From NCBI RefSeq assembly GCF_037042905.1, contig NC_087251.1, forward strand, positions 21,330,001 through 21,394,000: DNA of 64,000 nucleotides, written 5' to 3'. The notes beneath the pieces are model-generated. The model did not search any database, was not told the origin of the DNA, and was given only the letters and a program-made list of their open reading frames with translations. Source of the DNA: Lytechinus pictus. Taxonomy: Eukaryota. A program made the position numbers and the translations under genes. How positions within the stretch are numbered: the stretch's first letter is position 1; each line of letters opens with the position of its first letter. Shown one piece after another: positions 1-13,438 of the stretch.

Positions 1-56
1 GAGTGTTTGTGCGTGAATATTTTATTGAAGCGATATTCTCGCATAAACTCCCAATA

Positions 57-3000
57 GTAGAGCGGATTAGCTCCAAAAATCACAACAATTGTGCAAATTT
101 TGACTAAAGCATGAAACTTTCACAAGTATTAGTATATGCCGTAAGATTTATTTTAAAGATGGGAGGTAAATTTTTAAATGCCATTTTCGGCCGTTGCCAT
201 GGCAACGGATTAATTTCTCCAAAACAACATACATTCCCATGTAAATGGTAAATAAACATGATATAGATGACCAAAATGATAATTTTCAGGCTCCCGATTG
301 AATACATATGAAATTTAGAAATATTCAAGATCATCAAGATAGTTCCAATTGGTCCGTTGCCATGGCAACGGCTTGTTTTTCCCCAGAAAAATAAAAACAT
401 TTGTTTGAAAAACCTTGTAGAATATGATTTATCTTTAATTTCCCCTAATTTTACAGTGCTTAACAAAGATATTTTGGTTGCTAAATGTGTAAATTACATC
501 TCAAGCCATTGCCATGGCAACCAAATATAAACTAGTTTACAAAAATAACATGGTTGACAAGACAATGGACAGGTGGAAAATACAATTGGAATTGACTTTA
601 ATCTGTATGCTTAAGTTTTGACCCCCTCATTTGAACAAAATATACAAAAAGTGTTCTGCAGGAGTTCTTTATAAAGATACAAAATTTTGTTCCCTTGGTT
701 ATGCTTGAATTAAATTTAAAAAGGAACAATTTTACAAAGGGCCTGTTGCCATGGCAACAGCTTATTTCTCTCTAGAAAGGTAAAAATATTGATAAAAATG
801 TAGAATACATGTACGGTATGATCATCATTCCATTTTCCCAAATTTAAAGGTACTAATCGAGATATGTTTGTGACTAAATTTATAAATATAACATCTTAAG
901 CCATTGCCATGGCAACCAAATAACATCTAATTTTTTTTTTAAAGTGGATGATAAGGTTAACAACAGGTGAAAAATACAATGAATATTAACTTAATGTACA
1001 TGCGTAAGGTTTGACCTACTCAACTAATTTAGGGGAAAATAATACAGTCAGTGTTCTGCATGAACTAATTAAAATGATAAACATTGATGTTGCCTTGGTA
1101 ATACTTGAATTCAACGATAAATATCAATGTTCCAAATGGCCTGTTGCCATAGCAACGGATCATTTACCCAAGAACAGTACCAGTTTTGATTTAAAAAAGG
1201 ACTGTATAATTTTAGGATTAGAATAGATATGTTTGCTGTTAACATGCAAATAATATCTAAATCCATTGTCATGGCAACCAAATAACATCTGATTTGAAAA
1301 AAATATATAACATGGTTGACATGATAATGGACAGGTGGAAAATGCAATTTATAACAATTAACTCAAGGTTTGACCCAGTCATTTAATTTTGAACAAAGAT
1401 TACAGTGTTTCGCATTAGTTCATTAGAATGATGAAATTTGAGATTGCCTTGGTAATGCTTGAATTTAATGATAAATATCAATGTTGCATATGGGCCGTTG
1501 CCATGGCAACAACTCTTTTTTCCCCAAGAAAAGCACCAAACTTGATCGAAAAACAGTTTAGAATCTGCATTTTGTCATAAATTTCCCCTAATTATAGGGT
1601 GCGAAGCATAGATATGTTTGCTGTTGATGTACAAATAACTTAGGCCATTGCCATCAATGCCATGACAACCAAATAACATCTAATTCAGTGGCTTAATTTG
1701 GTTTCTATTCAATGGTTTTCAGGGTGAAGTAGTACATTGGGACTAGTTACAAGGACAGCTCGTGGTCTGACGTGTCCAAAACCCTAAGACGGCTTCCAAA
1801 AATGGAGTTTTAAATGGCTGTTGATGTATAAATGGACATAGCTCATTTCATATCCGTCTGAGATATATTATTTTGGTGTCTAGACCATGGTTTCAATGGT
1901 CAAATAATACACTATGACAAGTTGAACGGACAGTCAGTATATAAAAAATCCAAGATGACTTCCAAGAATGGAGTCTAAAATTGCTGTTGCTGCATTGAAA
2001 AACGTAGTTTGTTTAATATCCCGGAATATGTTTATGTCATGGTTGAATGGGTCAAATAATACATTAGGACAAGTTACAAGGACAGTCAGTGGTCAAGTAT
2101 GTCCAAAAATCCAAGGTGGCTTCCAAAAATGGAAAAGCTCCTGTTACTAACAAATGGACATATTTCGTGTAATATATGCCAAAGGCATATTATTTTGATA
2201 TCTAAACCATGGTTTGAAAAGTCAGTAAATACATCATATACATTGGAACAAGTTACAAGGACAGTCAGTAATCCAGTATGTCTAAACATCCAAGATGGCT
2301 TCCAACAATTGGAGTCTAATCGGAGTCTTTTACTTTAAAATTGACATAGTTCATTTAAAATCCACCAAGTAAAAATATTTTGGTGTTCACACTTTGGTTT
2401 CAAGGTTTAAAAAATATGTTTAGACTGGTTACAATGATATCCAGTTGTCCATTTTTTCTTTAAAAATCCAAGAGGGTTTTCAAAATGGCGTCTAAAATGA
2501 CTTCTATCACTCAGAAATTATCTGAGTTCATACAACATCAACCTGTGAGAAATATTGTTGGTGTCTACACTGTGGTATGAAGGGTCAACTATTACATTAG
2601 GACAAGTACCAAGGATGATTGGTTATCAATTTTGTCCAAAATCCAATGTAGATTCTAAAATTACATCAAAATGGGTGCTGTTGCCAACTCATACCTGCTT
2701 GCATTTTGAATGTAGGCACCAAAATTATTTCTCCACTTCAAAGTAACAGTCGTCATTTTAGAATCCATTTAAGGAAGCCATCTTGGATTTTCAGGCAAAA
2801 TGGACAATTGTAACCAGTCCCAAAGTATATTTTGATCCTTGAAACCCTAGTGTAGACACCAAAATAACATCCCCAGGTGTATTTTTGATGTACTATGTCC
2901 AATTTTAAGTAACATTAAAACCCCCATTTTTTAAGCCATCTTTGAATTTTTTGACACAATAATGACACCTGACTGTCGTTTCAACTTGACCAAATGTACA

Positions 3001-6000
3001 GTATTACTTGACCCTTTTAATACTAGTTTAGACACCAAAATCATATCCCCAATGTATATTATTAATGAACTATATTATGTCCATATTGAAGTACCAACAG
3101 TCAATTTAGACCCCATTTTGAAGGCCATCTTGGATTTTTTAACATACCAGTCCACTGACTGTCCTCGTAACTTGTTCTAATGCATTAAACCATGGTTTTA
3201 TGATTATGGTTTAGACATCAAAATCATATTCCCCAGACAGATATTGAACAAACTATGTCCTAATTTATTATTTGACTCTTGAAAATATGGTTTAGACACC
3301 AGAATCACATCTCACATGCGGATATAGAATGAACTATGCCAATTTTTAAGTAACAACAGTCAATTTTAGACCCCATTTTTGGAAGCCATCTTGGAATTTT
3401 GGACATACTAGACCACCGACTGTCCGTGTAAGTTTTTCTTAATGTATTATTGGCCTTTGAAATCATAGTTTAGACACCAAAATCATATCTCACAGGTGAA
3501 TATAAAATGAACTATTCCACTTTTTCACTATCACTATTCCACTATCAGCAGCCATTTTCGTTGTAACTTGTCCTAATATTATTAGACTCTTGAAACCAAT
3601 GATTTAGAGTCAAATTCACTTCCCCAAGGCCAATATGAAATGAGCTACGTCCACTTAAGGTATCAGCAACCATTTTAGATTCAATTTTTTTGAAGCCATC
3701 TTATGTTTTTGGACATTCCAGACCACTGGCTGTCCCTGTAACTTGGCCCTATGTACTATTTGATCCTTAATAACCAATGAATAAAAAACAAATTAAAGCC
3801 ATTTTATGAAGTAATGGATGAGTTGTGGATTTTAGCATACGGCAGCCAGTGAGGGCACCATCTTGGATTTTCCTGTTACCCTGGAGTACTTAATTTTTCT
3901 TTTCAACCTTTCAACCAGTATAAAGGGTATTTAAATTTTTTAAATATTTTAATAAGTCTACTTGTCATGTAAAATTAGCAGTGAATAGATTATACTTCAT
4001 GTTGATTCCATTCATAATCATGTTAATCTAAAAATTATCACAGCATTTCAAAATCTTTTTCGTCAAAATCAGTAGCGTAATTTGGAGGGATCCAGATATG
4101 ATGTATCGAGTGAAATGTATTTTTAAAAGTTGTCAGCTAGCCCAGCGAAAGAGTAAAACATTCGAAATTTTTCATTTTTTTTTACAAAAATAAAATTTTG
4201 GGTATAGTATTCGGAAAATAATCATATTTTATCCATATCTCTTTCACTTTCTCTTTATTTTTTCTTGGTAATGATTTTTTTGGGGTGGAGTAGGATTGCA
4301 GAATTCCCGGGAATTTTCTTGATGGAATCTTTTCATGGGTATAAACGGGAATTTTGTGGGAATTTTTGGAATTTTCGGCAATTTTCAAGAAATGATGGGA
4401 ATTTATAAAAAGTAACAATTTTCTATGCAGAAATTAAAATGCATACCCTAGCAGATGATACTTGATAATTCTTTGCCTTCATATTTCAAGCCAAGTATTA
4501 TGCTAAAACAGTCAGACAAAGCAACATTTTAATGATTTCCATGTAAAAGTTGATTTACTGTATTTACTTTGATTAGGAGCTCAAGACCATGTCAACTCCT
4601 CAAATAGACTTAAGATTTTGATTTATCAACGCCTATAATCCCCTAATATATTGGTATGATGAACGGCCTTAAAGCACAAATCACACCAAGACGCTTTCTT
4701 CAAAATGGCAGCCTGCGAATACTTTGAACGAAATTGACCAGCGTCGAAATTAGAGTTTCGGGAATTTATTTGAGCCCAAAAAAGTCTGATATGATTTTTG
4801 TAGGTCTTATTTCGATGCCATGTATAATGAAATAAATTGGTGCTTATCATTTAGCATATTTATGTTCAGCACCCTCAAATAAGGGAAAAGGAAATAAAAA
4901 TAAACATATTATTTTCATAAAAAATGGTACTTTTAAGGGACCATTGGCAACATTGATATGTATCATTATTTTCAAGCATTACCAAATCAACATATCGTAA
5001 TGAAATCATGCATAACACTTAATGTGATTTTAAAATTAAAAGAGTAGGTCAAACCTTACACATATTAAGTTAATTTTATTGTATTTTCCACCTGTCCATT
5101 ATCTTTTCAGCCATGTTATTTATTTGAAAATTAAATGTTATTTTATTGCCATGGTAATGCCTTAAGATGTTATTTATACTTTTAACAACAGCGATGTACG
5201 TGTATGTTTGGCACCCTAAACTTTGTAGAATTGAATGAAAATTAAGATTCTACAAGGCATTTTTTAATCAAAGATGGTATTTTAGGGGGAATAAAATGAC
5301 CCGTTGTCATGGGAACAGAACACACATTTGCAAACATTAATATTAAATTCAAGCATTACCAAGGCAACTGTCAGTTTTTATCATGCTAATGAACTCATGC
5401 GGAACACTGTATTTTTTGTTCAAAACTTAATGACTGGTCAAACCTTATGTAGATTAAGTAAATCTTTACTTTACATTCCACCTGTCCATTATCATTTCAA
5501 CTGTGTTAGTTTGTTTTAAAAATTATATCTTAAGTGGTTGTCATGGCAATGGCTGAAAAGGTTTTTATTTATTAACAGCAAGCATAATAAATATGCTTAG
5601 CTCCCTAAAATTGGGGCAAATGAAATAAAAATCAGATTTTACAATTTTGTGTTTTTCAAAGATGATACTTTTCTGGGGGGAATTGAGCTGTTGCCATGGC
5701 AACGGTACATTTGAAACACTAATATTTATCATTAAATTCAAGTATTACTTAGGCAACATCATTTTATTATTATAATGAACTCATACAGAACTCTTATTGA
5801 AATTTTTGTTCAAAAATTAAATGACTGGCCAAACCTTTCGCATATTGAGTTATTTGTAATTGTATTCTACACCTGTCCATAATCTTGTCATCCCAATTAT
5901 TTTTTTTTGTATTAGATATTATCTGGTTGCCATGGCAATAGCTTCATATGTTATTTATACATTTTGCATCAAACATATCGATGTTTAGCACACTAAGATT

Positions 6001-7534
6001 AGGGGAAATGCAAGAAAAATCAAATTCTACAGTCCCTTTTTTAATCAAAACTGGTACTAAATGATCCGTTGCTATGGCAACAGGCCATTTGGAACATTGA
6101 TATTTATTGTTGAATTCAAGTATTACCGAGGCAACATCAATGTTTATCATTCTAATTAGTTCATGAAGAACACTGACTGTATTATTTTCCCCTAAATTAT
6201 TTGAGTAGGTTAAACGTTACGCGTATGTACACGTTAATTTTTATTATATTGTTCACCTGTTCATAAGCTTATCATCTATGTTGTTGGTTTTTTTCAAATT
6301 AGATATTATCTGGTTGCCATGACAATGGCTTAAGATGTTATATTTATAAATTTAGTCACAAACATTAGGGAAAATGGAATGATGATCATACCGTACATGT
6401 ATTCTACATTTTTATAAATATTTTTACCTTTCTAGAGGGAAATAGGTTGTTGCCATGGCAACGGGCCCTTTGCAAAATTGTTTCTTTTTAAATTTAATTC
6501 AAGCTTTACCAAAGCAACATTAATTTTTATCTGTTATAAATAACTCCTGCAGAACACTTTCTGTATTTTTTGTTCAAATGAGGGGGTCAAATCTTAAGCA
6601 TACAGATTAAGTCAATTCCAATTGTATTTTCCACCTGTCCATTGTCTTGTCAACCATGTTATTTTTGTAAATTAGATGTTATTTGGTTGCCATGGCAATG
6701 GCTTAAGATGTTATATTTATAAATTTAGTCACAAACATATCTCGATTAGTACCTTTAAATTTGGGAAAATGGAATGATGATCATATCGTACATGTATTCT
6801 ACATTTTTATCAATATTTTTACCTTTCAAGATGGAAAAAAAACTGTTGCCATGGCAACGGGCCCTTTGCAAAATTGTTTCTTTTTAAATTCAATTCAAGC
6901 TTTACGAAGGCAACATGATTTTTTATCTTTATAAAGAACTCCTGCAGAACACTTTCTGTATTTTTTGTTCAAATGAGAGGGATCAAAACTTAAGCATACA
7001 TATTAAGTTAATTCCACTTGTATTTTCTACCTGTCCATTGTCTTGTCGACCATGTTATTTTTGTAAATTAGATGTTATTTGGTTGCCATGGCAATGGCTT
7101 GAGATGTAGTTTACACATTTAGCAACCAAAATATCTCCGATAAGCACTGTAAAGTTAGGGGAAATTAAAGATAAATCATATTCTACAACGTTTTTATATC
7201 AATTTTTTTACTTTGCTGGGGAAAAACAAGCCGTTGCCATGGCAACAGATCAATTGGAACTATCTTGATGATCTTGAATATTTCTAAATATCATATGTAT
7301 TCAATTGGGAGCCTGAAATTATTATTTTGGTCATCTATACCATGTTTATTTACCATTTACATGGGAATGCATGTTATTTTGGAGAAATTAATCCGTTGCC
7401 ATGGCAACGGCCGAAAATGGCATTTATAAATTTACCTCCCATCTTTAAAATAAATCTTACGGCATATACTAATACTTGTGAAAGTTTCATGCTTTAGTCA
7501 TAATTTGCACAATTGTTCGGCTAATCCGCTCTAC
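57..7534. mobile_element. Large non-autonomous foldback DNA transposon (possibly Academ-like) with long modular inverted arms
   Basis: GTAGAGCGGATTAGC at 57 is mirrored by GCTAATCCGCTCTAC ending at 7534. The inverted match extends over >1.5 kb (left arm ~57-1685, right arm ~4900-7534). The arms are built from ~370-390-bp units. There is no transposase ORF and the TSD is ambiguous (CAA/CAAT occurs on both sides). The Academ call rests only on TAG..CTA-like ends. Confidence 0.85.
1686..3950. mobile_element. Second, degenerate foldback element nested in the centre of the first; ~180-bp subrepeats in inverted arrays
   Basis: Units containing CCAAGATGGCTTCCAAAAATGGAGTCTAAAAT run forward at ~1700-2700 and reversed at ~2750-3900. 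It is the same family as 38374-41218. The termini are eroded and the boundaries approximate. Confidence 0.75.
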
Positions 7535-8654
7535 AATTCACTGTGCGCTCGTATATTATATTTGCAATAGAACACTTTTACGCAAACTTACCCGGCGAGT
7601 TACACTATAAGCAAAATTCGCTTATAAGATCGTAACAGATGTTAGACGTAAATTACAGTTCTTGTAAAATATTGTCACCATATAGTCGCAATAAATTTAT
7701 TTTTCTGCAACCATTATAAGACCAAATATCTATACAATTTCATAATTTAGATAACATAGGCATGTCTGTATATCTACAGATCTATATCTAAAATTGCAAA
7801 ATAATTTGTGCAATATGGAAAATAATCGAAATGAAAGGCAAAATGCTTTAAAATTAAAATATATGATATTAAAAACCTACATACATTACACTACAAAGTA
7901 GCAAGGGTGATTTGGAAATGAGAAAGCGCAATTTACCACTTTGATAATACAGAATCCTCCCTCTCTCTCTCACACACACACTTTTTACGCACACGCGTGA
8001 CCGCTCTCTTTAAAAAATGACTAATAAATTACGATTATATATTTGCAATATATGAAATTTATTTTTGGGGTTAAAACTGAATTTGATACATTACCAGCAG
8101 ATCGGCCTTATCCACAGATGAAGAAAGAGAGAGAGAAGATCACGTTCACTCACCGAACCTATATACACAAGTCTACCGAATTAAAAAGTCCCGGTTTTGA
8201 ATTTCACGAAAATGTTCACTTCATATTGTCAATGCTTTACATGTAGACAAAGCTGGGACCAGTCAAACGAATGCAAGGCAGTTCGTAGCTTGTAACAAGG
8301 TTATTAATGAAAATCACTGCGAAGATACCCTCTGACAATGATCGGATACCTTTGCATTGAGCTTTACCACTGAACTCGTTAAATTCAATCGATAAAGCTT
8401 TCATCTGAATCAGTGGATTAACAGATTTTCTGGATGTACTTGGCCACCATGAGCTCAATAGTAGTACCGCAGTCAGAATGGCGATACCGGCTCTAGACCG
8501 ACCAAACCTTTTATTACTAATGACATTCCATTGGTCTGGTTGGAGATGGTTTCGTTGGCATGATGGCGGATCGACACTTGAACACACAAAAAAAAACTAT
8601 AGAGGCAGTCATGAGGGAAAGTGGATTCGATTTTACAATAAACTACCCCCCCCC

Positions 8655-8655
<1 letters not shown>

Positions 8656-8686
<31 letters not shown>

Positions 8687-8766
8687 TAAATAAATATACA
8701 AATAAATAAATAAATGAATAAATGAATGAATGAATAAATAAATAAATATATAAATAGATAAATAAA
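8656..8766. repeat. (CA)n followed by (TAAA/TGAA)n microsatellites
   Basis: Directly visible simple repeats. Confidence 0.95.
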
Positions 8767-8900
8767 TGGTAAATGTTCGTTTGCCTTTTCTACGCAATTC
8801 ACATTCAATCAGGCCCGTAACCAGGGAGGAGGGTTTCGCGCTTCCATCATTTATAGTAACAACAATCGACCTCTTCATAATGGTCCAATATGTTTGAAAG

Positions 8901-11145
8901 CAGAGGCGGATCCAGCCTTCGCCAATAGGGGGCCCGGATTTTTTTTCAGCCATATTTTCCCCGATAGGCCGCTCGAAGTTGATTTTCTTTGTTTCTTTGA
9001 AGGGGTAGTCCTAATTATCACTTTTTAGCTTTATTCCAATAATCTCATAATCCTTATTTAAATAGTGCGAGCGCGAGCTATTTTTTTGTATTCTATGTAT
9101 TTTGTCCTAAAATTTAAACATTCTGGGCAATGTCTGTGATCCTGAACAAGTATGCAACTAAATAATTACAACAAGCGCGAAGAGCGAGCATAAATTTTTA
9201 ATATACTTTTGAACTGATCAAAAAGGTACCTGTTAGGGACTACTTGCAGTTAGCCATGAAGACGTTACATATTTCAACTGTCACGAGCGAAACTGCTCTA
9301 ATTAACTCATTAATCTACAGGCTACTTAACCACCCTGAATAAAAGACCAAAGGCTATTCAAGATATAAATGAAGTGATCAATTTAATGTCATAAAATATA
9401 ATAAGCCATTAACATTGAATCGTTGAGAACATAAGTATATTGGCAAATGGATATTCAATAAATCTTTGCATATAAAAATCATAAAATGCCATATATGCAT
9501 AAGATGAATATAATCATCATCGATTGTTTATGGGAAGAGATCGATCTAAAAATAGGCCTTTAAATTATGTTACCGAAAGTCTTAATCGGGTAAAGTGGAG
9601 TTCGAAAAACAGAAGAGATCGACAAACCACGGCGACTACGAAGAGGCGACGATTACGACGAAGAACATGTCGATGATTGACGACAACGAAGAACAATTAT
9701 GGGACGATGAAAACGCGACACACATCATCAGCGAAGACACGTGTCCTTGAAGAACGAAGAACCATAGTTGAGTTGAAGCTCTATAACTAGGAAGAATTAT
9801 GGTCGAGTCCGACGAACAGAAGCTTCGGCTGACTGAAGTGAGTCATTCCTCTCTGTGACTCATGACCTTGACATAGCGGGTATAGGTGCTACCCTGACCT
9901 ACGTACGTTGACTCTACATTAACCCTGGGTTGACCCTAGGTTGACAGCCGCCTAAAATAGGAATAGACCAAATACTTAACAGCAAAGACCCTAACAATTT
10001 TCTATTCACAAAGATGTCAGCTTATCGAAATTAGCTGTCATATTATCAAAGTAAATAAATAACAATCTTTTATTAGCATGAGCTTTGTGATAGTCAAAAA
10101 ATACATAACAGTGTGGAGAAATCTAATATAATTAACTTTCTCTCTGAATCGTAGATCGATTATATAATTGACTTTAACAGACTTGCAAAATACGTTTCCT
10201 TCACCGGAGGTATCACATGAAATATTCATAATTTGCAAAACAAGCTTTTTATAAATGACACAGAATTGTACGACTTTAAATAGCAAAATACAACTTTGTT
10301 CATTTTAGTAAGGATAATTGTATTCACTTTGAGGAATGGAGTAAGATAAGAAATATATGTAATTTGGTGACAAAATGAGCAGAATATATATATGTAAATC
10401 TATCTTTCTTTCCGAAAACAGACATGCCATATTAAGCATAAGAATTGTATTAACATTAAAACCATATAAACCAAACATTACTTACAATTCGGCATGAGTA
10501 GAAAGGAACCTGCCCGCACTGTGGCACACGCCCTTTTCCTTGGTTAGGAAACACCCCAAAACGGACCTTCCTCTCCAAAATCAGAAGTCAGAGTGAGCTG
10601 GCTTGGCTTTTCTTGCCAGCACACCAAACAGAAATATGTAACACAAAGAGTCTGTCATCCTACACACCTGTTAACCTATAGTCTACTTATTATGACAACC
10701 CAGCCTGTTGAAATACCAGGCAACCTATCATGCCTATAGTTCAGTTACTAAGGTATGCAGTCCACATCTGTACATGGAGTTTAACAAAAGAGTTTAACAA
10801 AACATGGACTTTAACAAAAGGGTTATCTAACTTTGAATAAGATCCTACATCAACAATCAAATAATACGAGCGTGAAGCGCGAGCTGAAATTTTTTACATT
10901 TCTACCTAAAGAATGGAAATTCTAAGCACTTTTTGTTATCATGAACAGGATAGGTATATAACTAAACAATTCACGCTCGCGAGCGGAAAAATTCGAGATT
11001 TTGACCTTTAAACGAGACACTTTATTCATGTTTCGTAAATCATGAAAAGGATGGCTAATATGGGTATCTTCATACATTAATCATACGAGCGCAAAGCGCA
11101 AGCAGAAAACTTTGATATTCTGATCTGAAACTGGATAATGATTTA
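8901..11145 (-). mobile_element. Truncated free-standing copy of the 'inner' hAT-type non-autonomous element, interrupted by a solo LTR
   Basis: It starts CAGAGGCGGATCCAGCCTTCGCCAATAGGGGG, the reverse complement of the inner terminus ending at 15818 and 28748. GCGAGCGCGAAGCGCGAGC-type motifs recur. The match to ~14795-15818 ends at a TTAA near 11143. Confidence 0.8.
9279..10849. mobile_element. Solo LTR (1571 bp) of an LTR retrotransposon
   Basis: TGT...ACA termini flanked by an exact 5-bp TSD, TCAAC (9274-9278 and 10850-10854). The host element reads continuously when it is removed. There is no coding sequence. Confidence 0.8.
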
Positions 11146-11899
11146 AGGACGTTCCACAGTTATGTTTGTGAGCATCAAGATCTGCGCATATTTTACACTC
11201 TGCGCGCTAACGTCACAATGGTGAACAGGATTGATCAGCTGTAGGTATGAGCTGATTGTCCTCCTTATGATCAGATCCGATGTGTTATTTTATGAAGCTA
11301 ATAAACTGGAATTATTCCATGGACCATTTTTTTTCATTCCCCAACAATTTTAAAACACTTTACTATATAGTGCTGCAAAGTATGACGAATTTGACCGCGA
11401 GTTTGAATAAATGGTAGGCCTATAGTGGTTTGGAAATTTTCCTCACAATAGAAAGCTATTCGGCGCGTTTTAGGTGGTTTAAAAAGTACATTTGCTCTGA
11501 TAAAAGTGCTGAAAGTTTGAGAATAAGCACATGAACCCATAATTTTTAATGTTTGCACCTCTAAGGTATACCTTCCTCTACAATTTTGCAAAGTTTAGTG
11601 AAAGTGATATGGGGTTTGAATAAAGTGCAGCATTTCTTGTACTTCTCAAGTTTGTTATTGAAATTTCACATTTTTGAAATTGAGTTTTTTTTTTGTCTTT
11701 CGCGCAATCTCTGAGAATTGAGAACGCTGTTAGACTTAAAAGAGCAAATAAATACCAGCATAAATAGATTATCCATCATAAGGATACAATTATTAATTAT
11801 AATGCGAAATTTGATGAAATTTTCATGGATTTTGACTGAGTAATAAACTCTTTGTTGTGATATCTGGTTGTGATGGTATCAATATTGCAAAACACATCA

Positions 11900-12224
11900 G
11901 CCCAGAGCTTGCAGCATCCGACTTCGAGCCCGTCCAATCATCGTGCGATTCACCACAAGACGTGCTCGGAACATCATGTATGATGGAAGAAGAAAGCTGA
12001 AGACCCTCAGCACAAAGGATCTTGGATACAACAGCGATGGCAAGATCTACCTCAATGAAAACTTGATCGCTTCCACTAAGGAGCTTATGAAAGATCTCAA
12101 CAAGGCCCGCCGAGATGCCGGATACAAGTTCTTGTGGACCCAGAATGGCCGAATCTATGTAAGGAAGGATGAGAAGTGTCAACCCATCATCATTCATTCC
12201 AGAGAGGACTTTTCCAAACTGTAG
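11900..12224 (+). pseudogene. LINE ORF1 C-terminal fragment
   Basis: PIIVRF...KIYLNENL...GYKFLWTQNGRIYVRK is typical of the ORF1 C-terminus in CR1/L2-group LINEs, and it lies just upstream of ORF2. Confidence 0.8.
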
Positions 12225-12608
12225 TAGTAGGACTATCCTTCACCCATTCCATGTTATTCGATTTTCCAGTATTCTTTTCATTTATTATGAAATTCTCGTC
12301 CCAAAATTGTTCGCATTGTTCAATATCTGTGTTATTTTCCGTGGTATATTTTGCATTCCTTCACTGCCCTTTCAATAATGTTTCAATACCAGACATTTTA
12401 TGGAGGTCATTTTACTTATTTTTGTGTGCAAATATTCTTCATCGCCCGTTAATAATTGTATTAGATAATCTTTATTTTGTTAACTATTACAACTGTAGTA
12501 TTTTCCGAACTCGAATTTTGGGTCATGATGGTATCAAATCTAAAAAATGCTTTATATGCTTAGCTTACAAAGATTTTGTTTTAAAATGGCAATATATTAT
12601 ATTTCATA

Positions 12609-13438
12609 ATGGAGGATGATATGCGTGATTTCCCCTTTTATCATCTGAATAATGATGATTTCTTATTAATAAATCATCAAGATAAAAGCAATATTATCTC
12701 AAATCATCATAATCCATTTGATAGATTTTCTACTGATATTCTTACAAATAATTTTGATGAACTTCAAGTTGAATTCGATATTCATGATAAAGCATACAAT
12801 CTTTCCTCTTCTCCATATTATACAGAAAATTCATTCAAAGACTAAGCTAAATTGATTGGAGAAGATGATGTTTTTATTTTGCATTTGAATATAAGAAGCG
12901 CTAACCAAAACTTCGAGAAATTACGATTATTATTAGAAAATACACAGTTTGCCAATCCCCCAATTATTGCTCTTACTGAAACTTGGTTCACGGAAACCCC
13001 GAATTCCTTATGCACCCTCCCGAATTATGATATTGTTATAAACAATAGGAAAAATAAAATTGGAGGTGGACTAGCATTATATATTCCGTCTTCATTTGAT
13101 TATGCAATTAGACATGAATTTGAATACATGAATGAAATCATCGAATCCTTATTTGTAGAAGTAAAAATTCAAAAAGTTAAGAAAGCTCTAATAGGTGTCA
13201 TCTACAGACCTCCTCAAACTTCTTGTATAGAAGATTTTTTACTTGCTACTAATGAACTTTTGCAAAACGGAGAATTGATAAATAACAATTGTATCATCAC
13301 TGGTGATTTCAATATTAATCTCTTGACCAGTAATCACTCTTTAACAAATGATTTCCTTGAATTAATGTTATCTTCTACTTTTTTGCCTATTATTTCTAGA
13401 CCAACCCGTATTACTGATCATTCTGCTACGCTTATAGA
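12609..13438 (+). pseudogene. Host LINE ORF2, part 1: apurinic-type endonuclease domain
   Basis: Motifs HLNIRS, LTETWF, GVIYRPP, GDFNIN and PTRIT..SATLID. There is one in-frame stop at 12843-12845, and the ORF is cut by the insertion at 13439. Confidence 0.9.

Noticed and set aside
104..7109. Short ORFs in the foldback arms as transposase remnants
   Set aside because: There are no DDE or other recognisable motifs; the ORFs recur simply because the DNA unit repeats.
190..7410. Regularly spaced palindromic repeats as a CRISPR-like array
   Set aside because: The spacers are 140-220 bp and are themselves homologous repeats, the context is eukaryotic, and there are no cas genes.
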